Shown piece by piece: positions 24,887 through 32,260 of a stretch of DNA of 48,280 bases. Both the position numbers and the translations under genes were made by a program. The stretch is from an uncultured Pseudomonadales bacterium (GTDB taxonomy: Bacteria > Patescibacteriota > Microgenomatia > UBA1400 > PJMF01). The notes under the pieces are model-generated. The model searched no databases, was not told where the DNA came from, and saw only the letters and a program-made list of their open reading frames with translations. Position 1 is the first letter of the stretch. The number at the start of each line of letters is the position of its first letter. The stretch covers positions 1-48,280 of the forward strand of contig CAZPFX010000006.1 in NCBI GenBank assembly GCA_964586055.1, read 5' to 3'.

Positions 24887-24915
24887 ATTATAGGCTTGTT
24901 TCTGTCTGGTGTCAA
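24887..24915 (-). promoter_or_regulatory. consensus sigma-70 promoter TTGACA-17-TATAAT
   Basis: Minus strand TTGACA (24915-24910), 17-nt spacer, TATAAT (24892-24887). Drives the 225-aa ORF. Confidence 0.65.
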
Positions 24916-24932
24916 TCGCTTCTAGTGTACCA

Positions 24933-25853
24933 CTAAAGTGAAAGAAGATGTTCGTGAACGCGCTCGTTGAAAAGGGATTGATGCACAACTGAGCGATACT
25001 CTGGATTATTTCTCTCTTTTTTGACAAATTCCTTGTCTTCTAGGGTGTCTAGCTTGGCGTCAATGTCCTTGTCTTCAATGGTAATTTTTGCTTCTTGAGC
25101 AATGGCGTCGGTAATGAGGACAGATTGGAGTTTGGTGACAGCGCGAACTGTAACTTGTTGGGAAAAATCCTCTTCGGTTTGACCGCTGCGTTTAAGATAT
25201 TCTGCGATAGAAAGCTTCATACCTTGAAGTTGTCGCTCCATTTCTCTGATGTCTGCCTCGATTTCCCTTTTAACTAGAAGCTCTGGAACCTGAGGTCTGA
25301 ACTCAGCTGCGAGATCAGAATAGATGTGTTGCAGGATGTGAGTTTTTTCTGCTTCTTCATCTTTTTTTGCAGGTTCTTTTTTATCTTTTGATTTTTCAGC
25401 CTTTTTATTTTGTTCAGCGATTTCTGCCTTAGCTTTTTTAATAGTTTTTTTAACGACCTCAGCATATTTAGGGAGTTTTAATTCTGGTTTTTCAGCGATG
25501 TGTGCTTCTATTTCCCAGTCACCGACTTTTTCGATTTTTACTGGGCGAAACTCTGGGTTTGTGAGGGGCTTGTGTTTGCCTTTTGTGACTGCTTCGGTAT
25601 AAAGCTCTGGCAAGAGTTCTTGCAAGGCTTCCTGGGCCACTTGCTCGAAATCTAGATGCTGCTCTGCTACATTAGCAGGAACTTTTCCAGCTCGAAATCC
25701 TGGGAGTTTGAGTTTTTTCTTGAGTTTGTTAACCGCCAATGAAGAGGCTGCAGCAGCATCTTTAGCTGGAATTGTGATTTTTAAAATTGTATTGCCAACA
25801 ATAATGTCAGGCTGTTTCTTTTCAGTTTTTTTGGTGTTTTTTTGATTTGTCAT
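24933..25853 (-). CDS. tig: trigger factor lacking the PPIase domain
   Basis: Ribosome-binding motif GFRAGKVP. N- and C-domains joined by a Lys/Glu-rich linker. Start set at the second ATG (MTNQK), because the first ATG overlaps the TATAAT at 25861-25866. Confidence 0.85.
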   Translation of the reverse strand: MTNQKNTKKTEKKQPDIIVGNTILKITIPAKDAAAASSLAVNKLKKKLKLPGFRAGKVPANVAEQHLDFEQVAQEALQELLPELYTEAVTKGKHKPLTNPEFRPVKIEKVGDWEIEAHIAEKPELKLPKYAEVVKKTIKKAKAEIAEQNKKAEKSKDKKEPAKKDEEAEKTHILQHIYSDLAAEFRPQVPELLVKREIEADIREMERQLQGMKLSIAEYLKRSGQTEEDFSQQVTVRAVTKLQSVLITDAIAQEAKITIEDKDIDAKLDTLEDKEFVKKERNNPEYRSVVHQSLFNERVHEHLLSL

Positions 25854-25920
25854 GGGCGGCATTATACCGTGACCTACTCAAGTATGGTATAAGTGATTGG
25901 TTATTTGATAAAGGAGCTCT

Positions 25921-26751
25921 ATGAGTATGGAAAATAAGTCGACAACGCTGCTACATGTAATCTGCGATTACGTGGCCGGCGGCATGGAATTTGGGGAGAT
26001 CACCAATCGTCTTCAGTTTCACCTGAGTGCTCCTCACGCTGTTCGAATTCATCCCACCGAAGTTCCCTCTCTAGATACAATGGCTATTGGTTTTGTTACG
26101 GCTCAGTATGCATATGCGCCAAACACTGGTCGCATGTTCATTTATGGAAATGCCGCTCCTAGAAGAGATAGTAACAAGGCGATGAAAAGCAACATTGACC
26201 ATGGGATTAAATATGCTCGTCTAAACAATGGTGTGGAGATCGTTAACGTCTGGTCAGAATTTGCGTTTGGATTTGTTAAAAAAGATATTGTTGAGTTTCG
26301 CGATATTGACTGCCCCAACAGTGGCTCCCAATTTAGGTCTCGTGATTTCTTCCCAGAGAAAGTTGCTGAGCTAGTAAATGGCAACAGGTCTTCATTGGGC
26401 AAAGAACTTGATATTTCAGAGATCCCCGAGATTCCTTCTAATTTAATTGCTTGGACAGATGGTTTTGGCAATATTAAGACAACCATGCGCAAAACCGATC
26501 TAGAGAAGATGAAGCTTAAGCCCGGCGATAAAGTTCAGGTGATTCTGAATGGCGTCAGTATGCTCGGAGTGATTTCTACCGGCGGCTTTACGGTCGATCG
26601 AGGTGTTCTGGCTGTAAACGCTGGTTCAAGTGGCTACGAAAATCCTTTTGTCGAATTATTCTTGCGAGTTCATCACATGAGTGAAAAAACCGCGGCGGTC
26701 AGATTCGATTATCCAGAGGGCGGTTCGGAATTTAAGATCAAGCCACTCTAA
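25921..26751 (+). CDS. divergent SAM hydroxide adenosyltransferase-like (DUF62 family) protein
   Basis: GSQFRSRDFFPEKVAELVNG resembles SSTFHGRDIFxPxAAxLxxG. WTDGFGNIKTT resembles IDxFGNxxTN. AAAGGAG Shine-Dalgarno and TGGTATAAG box upstream. Confidence 0.55.
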   Translation: MSMENKSTTLLHVICDYVAGGMEFGEITNRLQFHLSAPHAVRIHPTEVPSLDTMAIGFVTAQYAYAPNTGRMFIYGNAAPRRDSNKAMKSNIDHGIKYARLNNGVEIVNVWSEFAFGFVKKDIVEFRDIDCPNSGSQFRSRDFFPEKVAELVNGNRSSLGKELDISEIPEIPSNLIAWTDGFGNIKTTMRKTDLEKMKLKPGDKVQVILNGVSMLGVISTGGFTVDRGVLAVNAGSSGYENPFVELFLRVHHMSEKTAAVRFDYPEGGSEFKIKPL

Positions 26752-26787
26752 CTGAATCTGAAATTGACAGTATAATAGAAGTATATC

Positions 26788-26865
26788 GGCGCGGTACCAG
26801 AGTGGTCTAATGGCGAGGACTGCAAATCCTTCGATTCGCGGGTTCAAATCCCGCCCGCGCCTCCA
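26788..26865 (+). tRNA. tRNA-Cys (anticodon GCA), CCA encoded
   Basis: Acceptor GGCGCGG/CCGCGCC. Anticodon loop CTGCAAA. T-arm GCGGG-TTCAAAT-CCCGC. U73 discriminator typical of tRNA-Cys. TATAAT at 26771-26776. Confidence 0.85.
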
Positions 26866-26869
26866 TACT

Positions 26870-27511
26870 ATGCAACAACTGATTAAGATCATTGCCCAAA
26901 TACAAAAATTTGTTTTGCAACATCGAGCACAAATTACGCTTTTATTTGTAATTGCTGAGTGGTCGATACTAGCATTAGTAGTCCTGGCAGTTCTTGTTTA
27001 TAAATCTGGCAATGGTCTCTCACTGATTTTTCTTGATGAAGCTGGTAAGAAGTTTGGGACTCTTGGATTTATTTTGTACGTGTTTACCTTACTGCCAAGT
27101 TTGATAAGAAGATTGAAGCTTACGACAATTCAACCAATTGGAACTACCCTGATGGTTTTCAGACGCCATCTGGGAATTCTGATGTTTCTGAGTATTTATA
27201 CACACCAATTTTTCACGACTACCTTGATCGCTTTAGTAATTGCCAAGTTTAACTTTGCTAACTTTGCTCCAAACTTACTTATCCACCATATAGTTGGCTA
27301 CATTGCCCTTGGAATATTATTCCCTCTTTGGCTGACTTCGAATGATTTTTCAGTTAAGAAAATGGGTAAGTGGTGGAAAGTCCTTCATCGTTTCACATAC
27401 CTTGCTATGTTTTTCATCATGATCCATGTAGCTCTGGTGGGAGAGCCACTTTATGCTATAACCTTGGGCATGATCGCTGTTCTTGAAATAATTGCTCGGT
27501 TTCGTAAATAA
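26870..27511 (+). CDS. MsrQ/YedZ-like ferric-reductase-type heme-binding membrane protein
   Basis: RRHLGILMFLSIYTH and KWWKVLHRFTYLAMFFIMIH align with E. coli MsrQ RRLLGLWCFAWATLH and [20 protein letters not shown]. Start set after tRNA-Cys. Confidence 0.65.
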   Translation: MQQLIKIIAQIQKFVLQHRAQITLLFVIAEWSILALVVLAVLVYKSGNGLSLIFLDEAGKKFGTLGFILYVFTLLPSLIRRLKLTTIQPIGTTLMVFRRHLGILMFLSIYTHQFFTTTLIALVIAKFNFANFAPNLLIHHIVGYIALGILFPLWLTSNDFSVKKMGKWWKVLHRFTYLAMFFIMIHVALVGEPLYAITLGMIAVLEIIARFRK

Positions 27512-28671
27512 TGCAGAAGCCAAAAACCTACTTTATCCACACATTCGGTTGTCAGTCCAACAAGTCTGATAGCGAGCGCATTGCGGGTGACTACCAAGCT
27601 CGTGGTTACACGGAGGCTGAATCTTGGCAGAGTTGCGACGAGCTAATCGTGAATACTTGCGCTATTCGTCAGAGGGCTGAAGATAGAGCGCGCGGTTTCA
27701 TGCATAACGTAGTGACTCACTTTAATGAGCTAGGCCTAAAGCGTCCCAAAATTATTCTCACTGGCTGCATGACTCATCATGGCAATACCAAGCTTTACGA
27801 GATGATGCCACAGGTCGATGAAATACTACCTATCAATGAAGTTGGCTTTAATAATGCTGCCATTCGCAAGGATAAAAAACACGCCTGGGTGCCGATTTCC
27901 ACTGGTTGTAACTCCTTTTGCACTTTTTGCATCGTTCCCTACTCCAGGGGTCGTGAACAATCGCGGTCATTTGACGAGATTATCAATGAGGTTAAAGATT
28001 TAGTTTCTCGTGGATTCACTGAGATTACCTTGTTGGGGATGAATGTGAATTCGTGGGGGTTAGAAAAGGTTGGAATTGGGTTTAGAAAGCTAATGATGGA
28101 AAGGGAAAGTTTTACTCGTTCCGATCTTCCGGATAATCAGTCGCAGTATCTTAAGCCAAAGGAGACTCCCCCATTCGTAAAGCTACTCCAGGCCATTTCG
28201 GCTTTTGAAGAGATAAAAATGATTAGATTTATGACCAGCAATCCCTGGGATTTTCATGACGAATTGATTGAAGAAATCGGTAGAAATAAGAAGATTGATC
28301 GCTACGTTCATCTGCCAGTTCAGTCTGGAAGTAATGACGTTCTGTATCGAATGAATCGAGGCTACACCCGCGAGCGATACATGGAAATTGTCAAAAAACT
28401 TCGAGCCGCAGACAGCGAAATTGTCATCGGAACAGATATCATTGTTGGCTTTCCAGGAGAGACAGAGGAAGAATTCCAGGAAACAGTTTTATTGGCCAAA
28501 GAGGTTTCTTGGCTAATTGGTTTCGTGGCCATGTATTCTCCCCGACCTGGAACAGCTAGCTGGCGAATTTATCCTGACGACATTCCTCATAAAGTGAAAA
28601 AACAGCGTTGGGATTTGCTTGATGAGTTGATCAATAAGAGAAACTTGTCAACCCGTCCTATCGTAGTCTAA
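27511..28671 (+). CDS. miaB: MiaB-like tRNA methylthiotransferase (radical SAM), no TRAM domain
   Basis: MTTase N-domain HTFGCQSN. Radical-SAM cluster CNSFCTFC. Ends right after the radical-SAM core. TAATG overlaps at both ends. Confidence 0.85.
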   Translation: MQKPKTYFIHTFGCQSNKSDSERIAGDYQARGYTEAESWQSCDELIVNTCAIRQRAEDRARGFMHNVVTHFNELGLKRPKIILTGCMTHHGNTKLYEMMPQVDEILPINEVGFNNAAIRKDKKHAWVPISTGCNSFCTFCIVPYSRGREQSRSFDEIINEVKDLVSRGFTEITLLGMNVNSWGLEKVGIGFRKLMMERESFTRSDLPDNQSQYLKPKETPPFVKLLQAISAFEEIKMIRFMTSNPWDFHDELIEEIGRNKKIDRYVHLPVQSGSNDVLYRMNRGYTRERYMEIVKKLRAADSEIVIGTDIIVGFPGETEEEFQETVLLAKEVSWLIGFVAMYSPRPGTASWRIYPDDIPHKVKKQRWDLLDELINKRNLSTRPIVV

Positions 28672-29630
28672 TGAAAAACAATAAGACAATCATTTCGATC
28701 GTTGGTGAAACGGCATCGGGGAAAACGGCCGCGGCATTCCAACTTGCCAATTACTTAATTGAAATAAATTCTTGCTCAGGCGTTGATATCATTTCTGCCG
28801 ATTCTCGCCAGGTTTATAAGGACATTGCAGTTCTCTCAGGTGCGGATATTCCCGAGGGTTTTAATCAGAAAACAGAGCAAGGCTTGTTGCCATTTCTCGA
28901 AAAAAGCTCGATCAGATTGCATGGAGTTGGCATTTTAGAAGCAAACGAAGAGTGGTCGCTGGGACAATTCCAAAGGTTTGCTCTAAAGCTGATTGATGAA
29001 GCTCTTGTCCAGAATAGAAAAGTAATTATTGTGGGTGGAACGGGTTTATATCACATGCAGTTATTTCAGACTGAATCTAGACTTAGAGTGCCGCCGAATA
29101 TTGAGTTAAGAGAAAAGGCGGAAAAAATGTCTCTTGAAGAATTGCAAAATTGGCTGTCCCAGCTTGACCCATCCAGAATTGCAAAAATGAACAATTCAGA
29201 TCTGCAAAATCCACGTAGGCTGGTTCGGGCCATTGAACAGGGCTTGGAAGCAGGTGATACTAAGCCGAGCGTTGAGTTGATAAATCCTAAGTACAGTCAC
29301 AAAATAATTGGAATTCGAAGTCAGACTTCAGAGCTAAAGCTTAAAATTGCTGAGCGCGTGAAAAATAGATTTGATGGTGGAGCGGTTCAGGAAGTTAAAA
29401 AATTACGTGATTTTCTCGAGCTTGCCTCTGGCATTAAAACAACATTGGGATTTAAAAATATTGAAAGTTTTCTAGATGGAGACATTAATGAAGATGAGTG
29501 CATAAAGAGTTGGGTAGTCAGTGAATTAAAATATGCGAAAAGACAAAGAACTTGGTGGAAGCCAATTTCCAATATTGAATGGGTTGATGACGTGAAGGCT
29601 CAAAATATGTATACTAGAGTGGTATGTTAA
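28671..29630 (+). CDS. miaA: tRNA dimethylallyltransferase
   Basis: P-loop GETASGKT, DSRQVYKD, GGTGLY motifs of the IPPT family. Confidence 0.9.
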   Translation: MKNNKTIISIVGETASGKTAAAFQLANYLIEINSCSGVDIISADSRQVYKDIAVLSGADIPEGFNQKTEQGLLPFLEKSSIRLHGVGILEANEEWSLGQFQRFALKLIDEALVQNRKVIIVGGTGLYHMQLFQTESRLRVPPNIELREKAEKMSLEELQNWLSQLDPSRIAKMNNSDLQNPRRLVRAIEQGLEAGDTKPSVELINPKYSHKIIGIRSQTSELKLKIAERVKNRFDGGAVQEVKKLRDFLELASGIKTTLGFKNIESFLDGDINEDECIKSWVVSELKYAKRQRTWWKPISNIEWVDDVKAQNMYTRVVC

Positions 29631-30631
29631 GTCTTTTTTCCAAACGAACTGAAATAGCTGTGGCTCGAAGTACGGTTTTTTTCATCTTTGGTATTCTTCT
29701 AGGTTCATACTTCCTGTTTCAAATAAGATCCATCGTGATCTTGGTGTTTTTGGCCTTCATTATGATGGTGGCCTTGAATCCAGTTGCCCAAAAACTCCAG
29801 AAATATTTGAAGATGCCTCGAATGTTGAGTATCGTTTCGACATATATTTTGTTAATTACAATTCTTAGCTTGCTAATAGGTTTAGTTTTGCCTCCGCTTT
29901 TTATTCAGCTTTATGCTCTCTTGAAGACAATCGACATTCCCCTTTTACAAGAGTATGTTGCTCGACTGAATTTTAGTTTATCAGCTTCAGATATTTCTAA
30001 CATTGCCGATCAAGTTGGAAGCTCAGTCTTTACAGTGATGGGAGTAGTCCTTTCTACTTTTGCTGGAATATTTACAACTTTCACTCTTTTCGTTTTGTCA
30101 TTCTTCATGCTTATCGAAAGACCAGTTCTCCATAAAAAAATTGCTTGGTTTACGTCCGACAGAAAGCATTTTGAGGCTGCTGAGAAATTTTTGATCACAA
30201 TTGAGAATCAACTAGGTGGTTGGGTTCGCGGCCAGTTAGTCCTAATGCTAGTTATTGCCGTATTCACATACATTGGCTTCTTGTTAATTGGCATTCCATA
30301 CGCTTTGCCATTGGCGATTTTAGCTGGTTTCCTTGAAATATTGCCAAATATTGGTCCAACTATCGCTGCTGTTCCTGCGATAACGATTGCTTATATCAGC
30401 TCTGGTCCCGCTCTTGCCGTAGTTGCTCTGCTTTTTTCGATTCTTGTCCAGCAGCTTGAGAACAATGTTATTGTTCCAAAGGTAATGAGAGAAAATGCCA
30501 ATGTTAATCCGCTAATCTCAATAATCGCAATCTTAATTGGACTGCAGTTGGCGGGCGTAGTTGGTGCCTTGTTGGCCATCCCCCTCTACATTGTTATCAG
30601 AACGGTGTACGGATCATTCTTCAGAGCTTAA
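29624..30631 (+). CDS. AI-2E/PerM (UPF0118) family transporter
   Basis: 335 aa, about 8 TM helices. Conserved C-terminal half (LEILPNIGPTIA...NVIVPKVM). Confidence 0.85.
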   Translation: MLSLFSKRTEIAVARSTVFFIFGILLGSYFLFQIRSIVILVFLAFIMMVALNPVAQKLQKYLKMPRMLSIVSTYILLITILSLLIGLVLPPLFIQLYALLKTIDIPLLQEYVARLNFSLSASDISNIADQVGSSVFTVMGVVLSTFAGIFTTFTLFVLSFFMLIERPVLHKKIAWFTSDRKHFEAAEKFLITIENQLGGWVRGQLVLMLVIAVFTYIGFLLIGIPYALPLAILAGFLEILPNIGPTIAAVPAITIAYISSGPALAVVALLFSILVQQLENNVIVPKVMRENANVNPLISIIAILIGLQLAGVVGALLAIPLYIVIRTVYGSFFRA

Positions 30632-30632
30632 A

Positions 30633-30641
30633 TGCTATAAT
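30633..30641 (+). promoter_or_regulatory. extended -10 box TGCTATAAT for RNase P RNA
   Basis: TGnTATAAT ending 6 nt before the first base of the P1 helix (30648). Confidence 0.6.
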
Positions 30642-30647
30642 TCACTT

Positions 30648-30935
30648 AGACTGTGCGACCGAGCGATGGCTCTGGTACGTTTACGTTCCAGAGAGGAAAG
30701 TCCGGACAGCAAAATGTAGGGTGCCTTGTGAAAACAGGGGAGTTGTCACTTGTGACAACGACAGTTAGAGCAACAGAGACGAGTCCCTCCTTTGGAGGGG
30801 GTGAAACGGGCAATCCTCCCCGCTGCAACCAACGACCTTCACCATAATGGACACATTTCCTTTTTCGGTGATAATGACATGGGCATAGATAGATCATCGT
30901 TTCAAACAGAATCCGGCTTATGAGTCGCACAGTCT
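30648..30935 (+). ncRNA. rnpB: RNase P RNA (bacterial type, compact, about 288 nt)
   Basis: P1 AGACTGTGCGAC/GTCGCACAGTCT. P4 strands GAGGAAAGTCCGGAC and ACAGAATCCGGCTTA. Internal AGGGTGCC and GNRA-like loops. Confidence 0.9.
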
Positions 30936-30946
30936 ATATAAATCCG

Positions 30947-30973
30947 AACCACAATTTTTGTTCATTTGTGGTT
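30947..30973 (+). terminator. hairpin after rnpB (possible terminator or processing signal) overlapping the next -10 box
   Basis: AACCACAA/TTGTGGTT perfect 8-bp stem with an 11-nt loop. No clean T-run. TATAAT at 30973-30978 and AAGGAGG Shine-Dalgarno follow. Confidence 0.35.
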
Positions 30974-30997
30974 ATAATGCAAATATAAGGAGGTCTT

Positions 30998-31669
30998 ATG
31001 TACAACACATTAAGCCAATTTTTCAGCCAATCTGTTTCCGATATCGCCATTTTCTTACCAAGACTTGCTGCAGCGATTCTTATTTTTCTAGTAGGTATAG
31101 CTTTAGCAGGTGCTCTTCGAAAGCTCGTTGTTAAGCTTCTTGATAAACTAAGATTTTCCGCCGTTTTGAAGAACACTCCAGTCGAGCATTTTGTTCAGAA
31201 CGCAGAGCTCGCTCAACGAGTCGAGGATGTTTTGGGAAGTATTTTATATTGGTTAGTTATGTTGGTAGTGGCTCAAACATCTGTAAGCGTCATGGGCTTA
31301 GCTTCTCTCTCAGTTCTTTTAGAAAGAATTCTTGGTTATCTCCCACAGGTGTTTTCAGCTGTCCTAGTACTCTTTATAGGTATTCTAATTTCTGGATTGG
31401 TTGAGAGTCTGGTTAAAGGTGCCCTCAGAAGTCTTGACGCCAAGAGCGCCAGAGCTTTGGGTAAAGTGGCCAGCTACTCTGTAGTAACAATTGTAGTTCT
31501 CATTGCTCTTTCAGAACTTGGAATTGCACAAGAATTTATTTTCATCTTGTTTGTTGGATTTGTTTCAACGCTCTCACTTGGCTTCGGCTTAGCTCTTGGT
31601 CTAGGCGGCAAAGACTTGGTTGGCAAACTTTTAAAAAGCTGGCACGCTGATATTACGAGCAAAAAATAA
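30998..31669 (+). CDS. membrane protein with repeated 'conserved TM helix' segments (MscS-N-terminal-like)
   Basis: Repeated motif of a hydrophobic helix plus an amphipathic segment (LPRLAAAILIFLVGIALAGALRKLV; LPQVFSAVLVLFIGILISGLVESLV). Strong Shine-Dalgarno. Confidence 0.55.
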   Translation: MYNTLSQFFSQSVSDIAIFLPRLAAAILIFLVGIALAGALRKLVVKLLDKLRFSAVLKNTPVEHFVQNAELAQRVEDVLGSILYWLVMLVVAQTSVSVMGLASLSVLLERILGYLPQVFSAVLVLFIGILISGLVESLVKGALRSLDAKSARALGKVASYSVVTIVVLIALSELGIAQEFIFILFVGFVSTLSLGFGLALGLGGKDLVGKLLKSWHADITSKK

Positions 31670-31671
31670 GC

Positions 31672-32238
31672 TTATCTACTTGTTCCTAGGTGCAGAACAA
31701 CAATGCAGGTGTTGTCGGTATATTTGTCGTATGAGTTGCAGTCTATTGCTAACCCCATATCTCTATAATCGTCTTCAAGAAGTTGAGCATCATGCATCGG
31801 ACTTTCTTGCCACTTCTTAAGGGTTTCCCAGGCAGAAGTTGTTCCAAAGGCTAGATTTTCTCCTGCCCTGGCGTAAGTATACCCAGCCTTAGTAAAAAAT
31901 TGCCAGGGAGCTTGGTTGTCCTGATTTTGATGTCGCCAGTATTTCTTTGCGACCATATCCGAAAGTTTATACTTAGCGCTGATTTCTAGCGACTGGTGCG
32001 CCTTCAGCACGGTCTTTCCCTGCTCTCTTCTATAGCCATTTATCAGACCATAGAGTTTGTCAGCTTCTATTTCTCGGGTGGTTTTAGTCCCAAGAACCTG
32101 GGTGTTTTCAGGTTTCGGGGTTGGAGTCGTTAGCTGAGGTTGTTTTGATTGTTTTGAAACTAACATTGAGGATACGGTAACGCCTCCCGTTACTACAGCA
32201 ATGAAACCAGCAACAGCTATAACTTTATAATCAATCAT
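31672..32238 (-). CDS. membrane-anchored CAP/SCP/PR1-like domain protein
   Basis: N-terminal TM helix. LINGYRREQG...GENLAF...WQESPMHDAQLL...MGLAI matches the CAP (YkwD-like) pattern. Confidence 0.75.
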   Translation of the reverse strand: MIDYKVIAVAGFIAVVTGGVTVSSMLVSKQSKQPQLTTPTPKPENTQVLGTKTTREIEADKLYGLINGYRREQGKTVLKAHQSLEISAKYKLSDMVAKKYWRHQNQDNQAPWQFFTKAGYTYARAGENLAFGTTSAWETLKKWQESPMHDAQLLEDDYRDMGLAIDCNSYDKYTDNTCIVVLHLGTSR

Positions 32239-32260
32239 TCTTTATAAGTGTAGCACTTAC

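Noticed and set aside
27533-27541. Perfect DnaA box TTATCCACA
   Set aside because: It is a single isolated copy inside the miaB coding sequence. There is no cluster, no AT-rich unwinding element, and no dnaA or dnaN nearby. It is most likely chance.
30646-31176. ORFs 30646-30930 (-), 30653-30847 (+) and 30934-31176 (-)
   Set aside because: The first two lie inside the RNase P RNA. The third is antisense to the start of the 30998 membrane-protein gene and its promoter and Shine-Dalgarno. None has a coding signature.
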